Positions 42,601-55,491 of a stretch of 64,000 nt of DNA are shown piece by piece. The stretch spans positions 147,573-211,572 of the forward strand of contig JALDTO010000207.1 of the NCBI GenBank assembly GCA_023515725.1, in the 5' to 3' direction. The notes beneath the pieces were generated by a model. That model did no database searches. It worked only from the letters and a program-made list of their open reading frames with translations, and was not told the origin of the DNA. Made by a program: the position numbers and the translations under genes. The stretch comes from Amoeboaphelidium protococcarum X5. Lineage: Eukaryota; Fungi; Aphelidiomycota. Each line of letters opens with the position of its first letter. The stretch's first letter is position 1.

Positions 42601-44348
42601 AGAACTGTCCTGCTGACTCTCTTAATCAGGCTTAGCAGAATATACTGATCTTTACGAGTAGTCTTGCGTCCGACATGCTTTGTTGTCTGAAGTAGAGAAC
42701 CGCTATGGTTGGGCAACAGGCTGACTCTCTGTCTAAGGTTTTGATGGAAAATTCTGTGTTCAAAAATGCGAATATGAATGACCTGCTTTAATAGTTGTTT
42801 GGTAGCTCTGTAAACTCAATTGGATTCTTTGAGGGACCGAACGAGATTGTCCAATCTGCGATAATGACCCAAATAGTGCCGATTGTGTTGGCCAATGATT
42901 CAATCTGGAAGTTTAATGTCTCATTTAATCAAAATGGATGTAGTGTGTTATCCCAAATAAGCGCACTGATCCAAGCACTTTTAAAATATGACTACAATGG
43001 TCTTGCAGTTCCTTCATCTCTTGTGTCTAGCATATCTAAATAATTCTGTTGCATCTCTGTTGATTAGTTGGTGTCTCTAAAATCTGTTTCAGCTTAGTTG
43101 GATGGGTCGGTATTTGACAACTTGTCTGATCAGTACTCCATTCAAAATGATAATTTGGCTAATGCTCTACTTGGCTCTGAGGTTGTGGCTAAAATTTAAC
43201 GCCTGCAGTCACCATTGTCGGTGCAAGTTCTGTAGAGAATGCATATCAGCAGTGAGATCCGTCAAATTTATAGTGCAGTTGTTCCAATCTTAATGTGTGA
43301 TCTGACCGTGACTGTTAAAGCTTTGCTGTCTAGGCCTGGTGCTATACCGTCGTTTGTGATAAAAACCGTAGCTGATATGATCTCGCTACATGGTGTCGTG
43401 AATCAATTTGTTGATGGCGTGGTGAAGGTTGTTGCCGAAAGCTTTAAATCAGCCACTGTCTACTCGAATGGTTATATTCAACCTTAGGATTATGCATGCA
43501 TGATTGATATGATAGTTTAGGCTATAAGTTCCTCCATCAAATGCTCGTTCGGTTCATAATATTGGGTGAAAGATAGCAGTGGAAGTGTACTGAAAGTGGC
43601 GAAAAGCGAAGAATTATGGTATTCATCATGCAAGCTCTTGATCCAAACTTTCCGTCATTCAGTGGCTGGATTGAATAAAAAGACCAATAGCAAGCAGCTG
43701 GTAGACCGTGAAATGGACAGCACTCGTCAGTTGATATTCAAAATGCATGAAAAAGTAATGTATGAACTCATTGATCAGTCTCTGGAGTCTTTGAAATATG
43801 ATGATGAGATGTTGGAATCGGATGAAGTACTCAGTATCCTTGACACCTATCTAACGTCTGCTTTCAAGCATTTGTATATCCTAGTTGGTTCTGCTGGTAG
43901 CTTTGGTGTAAATATGATGAAGGCTCAAGATGCTCAGACGCTTATTGAAATGCTAGACAGTCTTATGAATGAAAAGCATTCCGATATCTGGGATAAACTG
44001 TAATCTGATACTGCCGCCAATTATTTGGTTGAACAGGCCAAGTATGAAAAGACTTTGTCTAATATTGCTGGTACCGCGAATACTAAAGCTGCAAAGAGAA
44101 AGAACCTGCGTTCTAAAGTCACCTCAGCTCTGACCTCTCATGCAGATAGTAATCAATAGCTGCCACAATCCATCTCTGCCACTCCGACTCGCAAGATTGA
44201 CTTTAAATCCGAAATCAATAATCCATAGTCTTCTGCTCACTCTACTCCGTCGAAGCGCTCACTGAATGATGTCAATGACGAGAATGCTGATATAATGAGC
44301 CAGCTGTCTTTTCAAAACTCGCCTGATATGAAGAAGACGCGTATGTGA
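39654..44348 (+). CDS. SCC3: Cohesin subunit Scc3/STAG; introns 39698-39750 and 39879-39936
   Basis: SSSSFRPFRHVAT, VYVHRYRDV, YLRYLGWSLSD and ERFKSRMIEM STAG-domain motifs. Confidence 0.92.
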
Positions 44349-44512
44349 AGACTTTAACTGTGCTGAATTAGGGCAATAAACTGTAAATTATATTGTGTAA
44401 CAGTCACTATTGAATTGATAAAAAAATATTACTTAAACTTTACTTTTACTAATCATCTTTTCACACCGTCACCAAACAAAAAAAGGAAATACCTTATTTA
44501 ATAAGTACCGCC

Positions 44513-45058
44513 TCATTTAGCCTCAAAAATGATCTTCTGCAGAGCTTGCTCTATTTAAGCACTGAAATCTTCCGCTTTCTTTAGAGCATCCATCGCTTAT
44601 TATATCAAATACCCATCAGGATATTCTTGATGGACAATAACGCGTCGACCTTATGGATCGCAATCGAGAAGTTGACACATCAAACTCCAATCTTGCTGGC
44701 AGATTCCAGTCAATTCAAGCAATTTTTCAGCATCTGCATTTCTAACTGCTGTCATCAAAGTGGAATCAAATCTATAATTGTCGCCATTCGGTCTCATTTT
44801 CTCCCAGAAGTAATGCTCAATGGTCGTCATAAGAACATTTTTATGGATATTGTAGAATTCTTCAAGGATATCCAATCTTGAACTCAGCTGATCAATTTAT
44901 TATTATAGCTGTTCACGTTACTACTATTGTTATTCACTTGCCTTTTATAACTCCAAAAATTGTTATTATGACTCTTTAAATTACTGCGCAATTTTTTCCA
45001 TTAGACGCGAATGCTCTTTCAAAATATCTTTCCCACCATTCTGACGCATAATCCGCAT
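44513..45058 (-). CDS. Hypothetical coiled-coil protein (start may be 45001)
   Basis: Table-6 ORF with a Gln-rich coiled-coil N-terminus. Confidence 0.55.
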
Positions 45059-45343
45059 GCAATGTACCTTTGCAAGAGAAAGGCTTTACTGCACTGTAAA
45101 TTGTGATTGAGTTTGAGCGACAAGATTGGAGAAGTTCAACTGACTCCATTCGCGCCAATCATGTGATCAATCGATGGTAAAGTTGCCACAGACGTAGAGC
45201 AAATCTAATAATGCTCAAACTACCGAATCAGTATTTAGTGCAAATTCTTAAAATCATCTAAACTTTATTTTTATTAATCTCCATTTCATCATTCAATCAT
45301 CACAAACAACTTACAACAAACTAATTTCAATCAATCAATCAGA

Positions 45344-47638
45344 TCAAAATCGCGCTGGTGGAGGTGGAGGTGGTGGAGGAGCACCAGAGCCCATGCTCAT
45401 GGAAGGCATCGCTGGTGCAGGAGGGGCCATTGGTAGAGCAGAACTGCTAGTAGTCATTGGATTACCAAACATTCCTGGTCTCATAGTCTGCGCGCGCTGA
45501 TCACCTCCCATTGGCATTTATTACTACTACTATGGAATGCCCAATGGCTACTATTGCTGTTACAAGTAAGGATTAGCCAAAGGATTTCTATGCGTCATGG
45601 ATCTCTGCAGCTGTTAACCTCCCATACCACCTTGATTGAAGGTACCCATCGCGACATCGCCACCACCCATTCCACCACCTACTGGGGCGTTACCCATAGC
45701 ACCGTTACCGCCAACCATTCTATTCATAGTCATAGTTCTTGGAGCTGATGCCACATTTGGATTTTGGAATCCAAACTGGTTCTACTGCTGCTGAACATAC
45801 TGAGCCTCATCAATCAGAGTTCCATCATTACCACCGTTGCCCATGCCCATCATTGGAGGTGGCACTGGAGCAGTGTTAGGACGCGGAATAGTGCCGTACT
45901 GATTAGCTGCACGCATTTGAGACAATGGCTGAGTCAGCGGATTCAGGTCCATCATCTACTGATCTGGAGAGTACACGGCATCAGGACTGTTGTACATTCC
46001 AGGTTGACCACCAGCACCACCTAGATACTGACCGACAGGTTGAGTCAAAGACTGCTACATTCCATACTGGCTGTTAGAGCGACCCAGATTAGCACCCATT
46101 TAACTCTAGCTGGTACCGTATGGATTAGCATTCTACGCACCTCCAAATGGACCACCAGCCTGCAGATTGTTCAAATTCTGAGTGGAGTACGTGCTTCCAG
46201 GAGCAGTGCCTCCCATTATAGGCTGGCTCATAGAGTTGAATTGGCCATTCATGGACTACTGGGTGGAATATGCCGGACCACCAGGCTACTAGCCTTGCAT
46301 CATCTGCTGCTACTGCATTACCGGATCGTACATGCCGCCATTCATTGGAGCAGTGTTTGCAACCATACCATTCATTCCGTTATTCTGGCCATTCATCTTA
46401 TCAGCATCATAGTCGATGGCATCAAACTTGTGTCTAGTGATGTAGCAATAGATACCAGTTGGGACACCAATGATCAGTAGCAAGACGGCCAAACAGATGG
46501 CGGCCAACTCAACGATGCTAGCAGGATTTGTGGTGTCAAAGGATAGAGATCCCAGGTAGATTGTACCATTCACAATACCAAATCCAGGTCTCTCAGGAGG
46601 CGGTGCAGTTTCGCTTGGAGTAGCAGTGGCAGTGACCGTCAACGAAGCTGACGATAGGCTGACGGTGGCTACATTTGCAGATGACGCGGTGTTATCGTTA
46701 GAGATAAATATGGTACTAACAGCAGGTGCGACATACGCCTGACAGTATACAATGACAGTTTACACGGCCACAACAGTAGTAGTGGTCGTGGTGGTAGTGC
46801 TTGTTGTTGTTGGCATAGCAGAGGTGGTGGTAGATACAAGCAGTGAAGTGGTCAAATTACCGCCAATAGTTGTCGATGTGGTGACATTACCAGAAGACGT
46901 TGCAATCATAGTGGTACTATTAGCCATTGGACTTACAGTCGTCAGGGATACAGTGGTCGAGTTACTACTGCTAGTTGTAGTCCTAGAAGTAGTCGAATTC
47001 ATTGATGATGATGCAGTGGTGGTGGTAGTAGTAGTAGTAGTCGTCGTCGTGGTAGTGGTAGTAATGGTGGTAGAGGTCGTCGTGGTGATGCTAGTACTGG
47101 TAGTGTTCAACATAGCTGTAGAGGAAACTGATGACAACCAAGTACTCATGCTAGTAACTGGAGCACTGCCATTCAATTTCAGAGACTGATTGTAAGCAGT
47201 CAAGACATAGACGATACCATTCAACGTCACATTGCCATTGAGCTGACCATTGATCAGAAAGTTGCTACTATCATTATAGTAGCCAACGAAACACTTCAGA
47301 TTAGGAGTAACTGACGGCGTAATCGTAGCAGTCATGGTAGCAGTAGCATTAAAAGCGGCTGTCGCAGTGATGTTTCCACTTGCAGTAGTATTAGACGCAA
47401 CTCCAGTAGTGATAGCGGTAACGGTGGCAGTGACATTTCCATTTGTCAATGACACAGATGTACTATTGGCAGGGGTAACACTTAAACTCAGCGTTGAGGT
47501 AAAGTTAGCCGATGCAGTCATAGTCGTTGTACTAGTCGTCAGCGGGGTTGTAGTTGAATTCTATGCTTCATATACAGGGAGGGCCAGCAGCATCAAGGCC
47601 AACGCGGCGACTTGTTTGACTTTCACAGCGCTCAACAT
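45344..47638 (-). CDS. Mucin-like Ser/Thr-rich single-pass membrane protein with Gln/Gly/Met/Pro-rich tail, 764 aa
   Basis: Signal peptide, Thr runs with many NxT/S sites, TM LAAICLAVLLIIGVPTGIYCY, C-terminal polyproline run then ARF-TGA. Confidence 0.88.
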
Positions 47639-47978
47639 TCCAAAGATATCTCTTAAATAGCGGGATAGCAGATGATGATGGTTATAATTATTATATTACA
47701 CAATTGGCTTTATCAATCGCACTCAAGATATTAATGAAAGTAATCTTAGTTGAAAGAAGTGTGTTTTAAATTGCAATGATATATAAGTTGTTAAGGCTTA
47801 AATATAGCCTGGCAAAATCATAGCAACCGTTAATTGCCATAATCTATTTTTAGCACTAACTTTACCACGCATTTATAAAATGATCTTCATAATTAATGAG
47901 AAGATCAGGATAGCAAAGTGAAATACACACTTTATACTGTGCACTGGTAGAAATTATATTAATTTCATAGAGCAAAAT

Positions 47979-50639
47979 TCACTAAAAGCCAGCCAGTTTG
48001 CGTTACAGAATCTCAGTCATTGTCTCGGGCGAAACGTTGCGTTCTCTATTGCGCTCAGCGGCGCGACGAGATGAGGCTTCAGTGCAGTTCTTTAACAACG
48101 ACTCGGTAGATTTCAGTAATTTTCCATAGAATTCCTTCCCCTTGGTAATATTAAACATAATCTGGTCAAAAGTCTTGCAGGACTGTACCAAATGAGAGCA
48201 AAACTTGCGCGTCTCTTCGGTAGACTTTGATTGCGATTTAAACTACTCCAAGTTCTTGATCTACGGAATTAGACCACCAGTAGTAGTAGTATTACCGCTT
48301 TCAGCCAACACATCAAAAATCTACTACTAAAATTTAATACTACCATCCAGCTTCTGACCAAATTCGGCCTGTAATTTCCGCATTTCAAACTGCATCACGT
48401 CCTCCTCTCGCTTTCTATTAATCAGAAGCATGTTGGATACGTCACTGGAAGGAGAGCCAGATGTAAGATTCTTTTACAGCTATGCAATCAACTCCTCCCT
48501 TTCCTTCTGTAATTGATCCAATTAATACACATACTTTTATAACCTCTGCAGCAACTCATCCAAACGAGAACTCTCAGCCTTGGGAGAAACGGTTAGCTCA
48601 CTCGGAGTATCCAAAAGACTTAATCCCTCCAAATCAGGAAATCTTGATTGATGCTATTACTGCTGCTGGTTCATGCTCTATTAAAACGCATTTAGAATGT
48701 CTTGCTCGCCAGCCAACACCAACTTCATATCTTGCTCCACTTACTAATACTGCTGCTGCAACTTTTCATCTGCCTAATATCCTTAAGACAGATCATACTG
48801 CAATTTACTAAGCTAATCCTAGTAGGACTTCCAAAAGTCAGCAGCTGCTCCATTGTTACTTTATCTGACACCAAAATTTTATCGAAAGGATTGATCTTCA
48901 GCCAAGTCTTGATTAATGCACTGCTAACACTACTAAATAATAGTGGCAACCTATGATCTAACATCAAATAAGCCAGATAGTACAGAGTTATTAGCAAACG
49001 CTTGTCGCAGAGTAGGATCTGACGACCTCTTCTTCAGCTCGTCGAGAAGTTCTTCAGACAACTATGCTCCATTCTGAGATGTACTCTTCCCACCCTTGCT
49101 AGAACTCAGCATAGATAGAATATCAGGAACCTCGAGACTGGCAAGAGTGATGGCAATTTGATCATTCGCGTCAAGAGCCTTCTGCTTAAACTAACGAACA
49201 AACTCATCCTTCTTAGCACTTAGTACAGATTCCTATTCCAAAGTATTGAGTGGAATCAGCTACTTGAACAGATCCACCTGATTATTCACAATATCAGCCA
49301 GCTCTGGAATTGTCTCTATCACTCTGGTACACTTTGACGCTGCCAGGGACGCGAGTGGAGGCAGAGTAGATATCGCCGGTACTACATCATGATACACGAC
49401 ATCATTATCCTTGTTCAGTCTCTTGAAGCGCTTGTCGATAAACGATTAAAAGCGCTTCAACTGATCAACAATGGAAAATTTACTCTAATCCCCAGATCCA
49501 CTCTGAGATGTAATAGAAGAAGATGAAGTACCCATGATTGCATTAATAGATTACAGAGGCAGGATATTCAGGGACTTTTTGGAGAATGCAGAGTCAATCT
49601 TGGCGGCAACTTTCATCAGTTCTGTGGTGATCTACACGGCCTACTGCATTCTTGCAACACCTTGCCCAATTTGAGACTCTTACTCACATTTAAAAGATGA
49701 ATGCAGCTGAGCCAGAGCCTAGAAATACAACTACTTCAACTAAACAATCAGTGACCAATCCTTTGGCAAGTACTACTCCATCTTGATATCACCCTCAACT
49801 AATGACGACGAGAAGTCATTCAACAGAGATGTATACTGATCTCCAGTACCTGCGGCCAATTTACCCAATATAGCCTTCTTGCCAATCAGTTCGATATCCT
49901 GACTACTCACCGTCTAATCTTCATTAAATGCAACGCCCTTCAATAGATCAAGCCAAGCCTTCATAGTAAACACCTCCTGAGCCTGTGCCAGATGTAATTT
50001 AGACAACCAATCCACCACACTCTTGTTCAAGTCGAAGGAGGGGGCATGCAAAAAGTTGTCCCTGATAAAGGCAAAACATCCAGCAGCAGCTTGATAAAAA
50101 TTAAAAGACTTTTTGAGACCATCTTAATCCACATTGGCACAGAACTCTTTCAGATGCACATTGGCAAGTAGACTGAGCTTCTGAGCAATGATGAACAACA
50201 CTGACGCTTTTTCAAATGCAACAGAGCTCTGAGTAACAACACCTCGATCATCTCCAAATGGATTAATCTAACCATTGCTGTCATATAAATCCTACCAAGC
50301 AAATTTCAAATGGTCTCCAATATAGTATGCAGTAAAATGCAATTCAAACAAGTCTAGTTGGGTAAAATACTTCCACACCTGCTTGATCTTATCCAGAAGC
50401 TTGTCCGACTGAAGATCTTGAAGCACCTTGTCTTTGTTCTGAGATGATTAAAGATCTTGTGCTATATTCTGTCTCATACTATCCATCTACTTGATAGCTT
50501 CCTTAATCAAAGGACCTTGCTCAATATGGTCATAATGTTAGTTCATAATCTTGGGCACACCATGCGAGTAAACTTCATCATCCACCCTTCTCTTCTCCTT
50601 AAGAGTAATCATAATATTAATAACCTGCACACTATCCAT
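47979..50639 (-). CDS. BRO1-domain ESCRT accessory protein (Bro1/Alix/PalA family), 886 aa
   Basis: KFAWQD, TQSSVAFEKASVLF, AAGCFAFI, LAQAQE and KDNDVVYHD motifs. Confidence 0.9.
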
Positions 50640-50896
50640 ACCGTTATTCTAATTATAATACTATCAAAAATGAAAAAAAAAGTTGAATATATTTAGTTAG
50701 AATTCAGACACCAACAGATTGGAAAGTACTTATGAACTGTTTGAGAAGGAAACAAAAAGGGGAATGGCAAAGAGAAATGAATTTGAGGGAACAACGAATG
50801 AGAAACATTCTGCTTAAGATGGCATATGAAATCTGATTATTAGGCATGAGATAATTCAAATTCTTGGTAATATTAATATTCTAAAATTTCAGTAAT

Positions 50897-51637
50897 TCAA
50901 TCAAGTGCAAAGTTGGTGTAGCATTTAAATTCATTGCTGAGAGGAGAATCGTGAGTGGGATGAAATGTGTCGGACGGAGACACATTCAATAGATCTTTAA
51001 CGATGGGTTCCATGACAGCACCACTACACACTATTGTGTCAACTGCATCATCTCCATTAACAGCTTTCACGGACAGAAACTAGACAAAGCGGGCCACCTT
51101 CTCAAAGCATTCACGCGACAAGAATGGAGGATCAATCATGAATGCAGAAAACTGATTTCGGTATGCAGCATACTTGCCCATTCCCTGATCACTACTATCA
51201 TCATCATTGTCAATATCGTTGAAATCGTACTAAACAAAATTTGACAACACGTCAAATCTCGCGTCAAATTCAAAGCAGTAGACAGCATTAACGAAATCGC
51301 GTGGGTAATCTCCACAATTCTCATGTAGATATGCATGCACAGATGGGGCACTGATTATTGCAATCTTGGGTTCTGGCTATGAATTACTACTATTATTCTC
51401 TTAGTCTTAGAATTTCAAGAGTTGCCATCGTTTATAAAGCGTGTCTGTGAGGTATTTCTTTGTGCGCGTATCATACCAGAACTGAGATAACTGCCAATCT
51501 TCTTTAATCAGTTGCATACTGAATCTAGATTCTGCATTCTATTTCAGCTAATCAAACTGCCTTTTCAAGTCATCTTATTCAGCTAGAAATTCGCTCAAAG
51601 CGGCTAGTGTTGCCGGATTCAAATCATCCAAATTCAT
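50897..51637 (-). CDS. EFM5: eEF1A lysine methyltransferase Efm5/EEF1AKMT1
   Basis: EDWQLSQFWY, LEFDARF, IDPPFL and LSNEFKCYTNF motifs. Confidence 0.92.
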
Positions 51638-51744
51638 CTTGATTTTATCAAGGATGCTTATTTAAATCGTTTGTTATTGCAAAATTTGAAAATTAGAAAA
51701 TCCGTGATCGCTTCTGGTAACAAAACGTTCATAAATTTTTAGAG

Positions 51745-52758
51745 ATGGATTTGAAAGAGGAAATTGCTAGGCTTAAAGCTGATAAGGCGCGTGGAATTAA
51801 TTAGAGTAGCGGTAGTAAGAGAAAAGCTAAAGTTGATATTTTAGACAAGTATAAAGTGAAAAAGTCGGTTCGCTCTGGTGATCTTTAGTCAAGATAATAA
51901 GGTACCTAAGGTGGATCTTTAAAACTCAAGACATAGTCTGAATCGATATTGGCTAAAAAGGCACAACTTTATGAATTGCTATCAAAAGATGCTTCAGGAG
52001 GGTAACTATCCGTAGCTGAGCAGTAATTTGTATAGAGCGAAGATGTCATGGTTGATTTTGAGTAAAAGAGTAGAGATTAAGCTCGCGATGATGGCTCGGC
52101 GTTCAAGTAAAAGAAGGTCCAAGTAATTGACGAATTTGGTCGCGTTCGTATGATAGAGGAAGACTTGATACATTAAAAAGTTGGGTTGCATGTAAATATA
52201 GATGCTGATTATAAAGATTATGATGATAAGTATCAGTAGGGATTCCACATGTTTCCACCGACTGCTGTCAATGCTGCAGATGATGTTGGAAGAGCTGTTT
52301 TGCATTCTAACAATAAGAGAAAGAGACGAGTTGATCATTTAAATTAGAGTGGAGACTAAGAGCAATAATAATAAGAAGTTGATGTGTATGATTACGTGCC
52401 GGTTGATTTGAAAGATAAGATTAAGAGCATATTGTCACAAAGGTAATCTGAGGCTCAAAATGAATGGCAGGAATCTCTCAAAGTCGATTCAACCACACAG
52501 AATGATAGTATAGTAGTGAATTAGCACCAAGGACCAGGACACTATAGATTTACTAAAGAGAATAAGGTATAGCAGCTATTAGATTTGGCAAAGGCGCGGC
52601 GAGAGACTGAGTCCAAACGTGCTATTTCGCAGACTAGAAATTAAACGATTAATACTGCCAATTAAAGTAATGATGGTACAGATTCAAATGCGCATACAGT
52701 CAGCTCAAATATTGATTAGATTGATAGCGAAGTTGAAGAATTTCTTGAAAAGTTATGA
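51745..52758 (+). CDS. CCDC174-like protein
   Basis: KKAQLYELL, VDFE, DEFGRVR and GPGHYRF motifs. Confidence 0.75.
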
Positions 52759-52804
52759 TTTTAGTTAAAAATTGTAAATATATTTAAACAGTTAAATTAA
52801 TAAT

Positions 52805-54487
52805 TCAGCAATTTCTCAAAGTTGGATCAAGGTATTATAGCCCTATCGTTTGAAATATGTCCTCTTCAGTTCGCGTTGGAATGTACTTACCGGTAGATAG
52901 ATCATACAGACCATGACTGTTCAAGTGAAAGCCAACATCTTTCGCGTACCTCCGTATGCTCCTTTCAAATTAGCGCGAACCAGTCCATCCAAGAAGTGCA
53001 GTCGCCCAGCTCTATGGTTCTGTTACGATTAGATCAACTTATCTGGCAATAGGTAGGCCGGCATCATTAAGTTTCCCAGGGTTCCGAAAGAGCAGAAATG
53101 CTTTATCCAACCTGTCCATAATGTTATTATGTGAAATCATTCTCTCAGGATTGGCCATATTACCTGAGGCGAGGTGGAATATGTGATCAAACAATTTTTA
53201 CTGTCGCATCTTGTCAATGATCCTATGCAACAATGTGGACGTCTGACCTCCTCCGTTCTCAGATGGACATATCAAAATATCTAAATCATTACTAAGCTCC
53301 TTGCCGCGTTTATAACCGCCAGTAACTTCCACTTTACATCCAGGCTCAACTTCTTCAATCAATTATTTTACTATACCGGCAATCGATGCTCCTTCTACTC
53401 GATCAATCGGAGTAAGTAAATCTTTAGCGTTCTCAATCCATACACGTTAGTTCTAAGACAATTTAGGATAATCTAGTAGTTCATGAATATCTCTGTATCC
53501 CAGCTGGTACCATTAGTTGGCCACTTTGCTTCCGGCACCGTAAACTTTCATTAGCCTCATCAGAGCTTTATACTTTTGGTCGCGTCTGAGCTTCTCTGCC
53601 TCCACAATGTAACCATGCTTAAGAAATTCGCCAATCATCTTTGGAGCCAACATTAACAATCTATTCCGCCTCTTTCACACTTTCTATCCGTCTGGTGTAT
53701 GCTCTGATGGACGCGATAGTCTTTGAGTATGACAAGGCACTAGTCTCATTGCCATCACACTATCTGCAATCCCTGATCACCATGAACTCAGCCACCAGAT
53801 CGTCATTTGGACCGTGCAATGGAGTGGGATGTTGGCATTCATACGCAGAATTTCTAAATGCTGGATCTAAAAGATCTGATTAATGATTATGAGTCTATAT
53901 TCTTTTTGATGGAGACAATGATACATCGTCATTATCAGATGATGAATTAGAGGATTTGGATCGAGATCTGGGACGTTTTCCAGTCAATTATCTACTAACG
54001 GAAGATGGTGAACCTAAGGTACTACCATCCGGGCTTGTCTTGTTATTTGAACGTAATAGAGTGGGAGAAAGCTATACTTTACCAGGAGACTGCGTCAGAG
54101 TAATCTGTGGGATGGCCGCAGTAGGAGAAACTTTAGCTTTCAAATCGCGAATAAACTTGTCCAAATCAATTAAATACGGCTGCATATCAACCACCTTCTT
54201 CTACTCCGCACATATGTGTATCCATTAAGTTTTCACGATGGGCACAGAGATTGAATCCAGCGGCACACAGCGTTCAATTCTATAAGGAGATTACACTGCA
54301 GATAAACTCAATGTTGCATCAGAAATCGCGTCAACCACAGCGCCACCTACAGAACGAAAGGTTGAGCATATTTAATTAATCTCTATATAATCGTACCATT
54401 GCTTTATATTTCCTTCTTTAATTTATCGAGTTCTAGAGTAGAAATCTTGTCTTTTATAATGTAAAATTTGTAATTCTCAAACATCAT
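52805..54487 (-). CDS. X-family DNA polymerase with N-terminal BRCT, Pol mu/TdT/Pol4-type; intron 54347-54396
   Basis: TGGYKRGK..DLDIL, RQVDL, LLGWTGS..FER and EEDIF..GL.YL.P..RNC motifs. Confidence 0.92.
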
Positions 54488-54715
54488 TTGACGTTTTCTT
54501 ATTAAGGATCGTCATGGTAGATCATGAGGCGATCCTAAAAGTCAGAAAAATTTTGTTCACTGGCGCGTAGTACAGTAGTCATTGCTTTTAATCCGTACTT
54601 TGGAGATATGAAAGTTTTATTTTGTTTATAATAATGGTGAAGTATAAGGGCGCGGTGTAAATATAAATTTATTCCTTCGAAAGTGTTAACTCTGAGTCTA
54701 TTTGAAACAAGTGGT

Positions 54716-55214
54716 ATGATGCAGATTTTAATGTTTCTGGTGGTTGGCCTGCTGTGGGGTGGGACAAATCCTTGGTTGAAGCTGGCAGCACAGCGTCAAG
54801 TCCCTCCACAGTCTCTCCTCATGCTCCCCAAGTCTTTGAGGTAGACTGTGTATCTGCTGACTGACTATCACTATCTTCTTCCGCTATTATTGAATTTGAG
54901 CGGATCCATTCTGTACTACAAGACTCTACGAGACTACGGTAAAATTCTGTATAAAATCACTGTCAAAGACATAGTTATTGTTTTAGTTACTATGCAAGTA
55001 GATTTGAAAATGGCTGTACCTATTGCCAATTCTTTAACGTTTATATTTACGCACTTGATGGGATACGCCATTGGGGAACCGTTCGGCTCTTATAGTTAGT
55101 TTACGCGTTTTACTTGATAAAATTATTCATCTATCACATCTCTGCTGTGTAGAAACTATGTTAGGAATATCTTTGGTAATTGCTGGCGTGGCTGTATGTC
55201 TCAGAAATAGTTGA
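54716..55214 (+). CDS. TMEM234-like small membrane protein; introns 54939-55001 and 55095-55152
   Basis: LLWGGTNPW, LNLSGSILYY and DLKMAVPIANSLTF motifs. Confidence 0.85.
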
Positions 55215-55491
55215 TAAAGAATATACTGTACATGATACGTGATTAAAGTCTCTGAAGGCGAGCAATATTGAGACATTTCATTTCAAGCACAGAGTGAAGT
55301 TGAAACAAACGACCATTTTCCTTGTCTGTCTCTTTCGCGTTTGTTTCACCGCGTTTCATCTTCTTCGTTGTGGCACATTCTTTCACTAACTCTTACACGT
55401 TCTACTTTATTATATCAACTGCATTATTTGTGGCTTTATTCATACTTGAACATTATAATTCATAGTGATCACTGTTTCATAAGAGTATAAA

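Noticed and set aside
46752-47189. Poly-Val ORF and GTA/GTG/GTC microsatellite-like tract
   Set aside because: Reverse complement of the Thr runs of the mucin-like gene; not a separate gene or repeat array.
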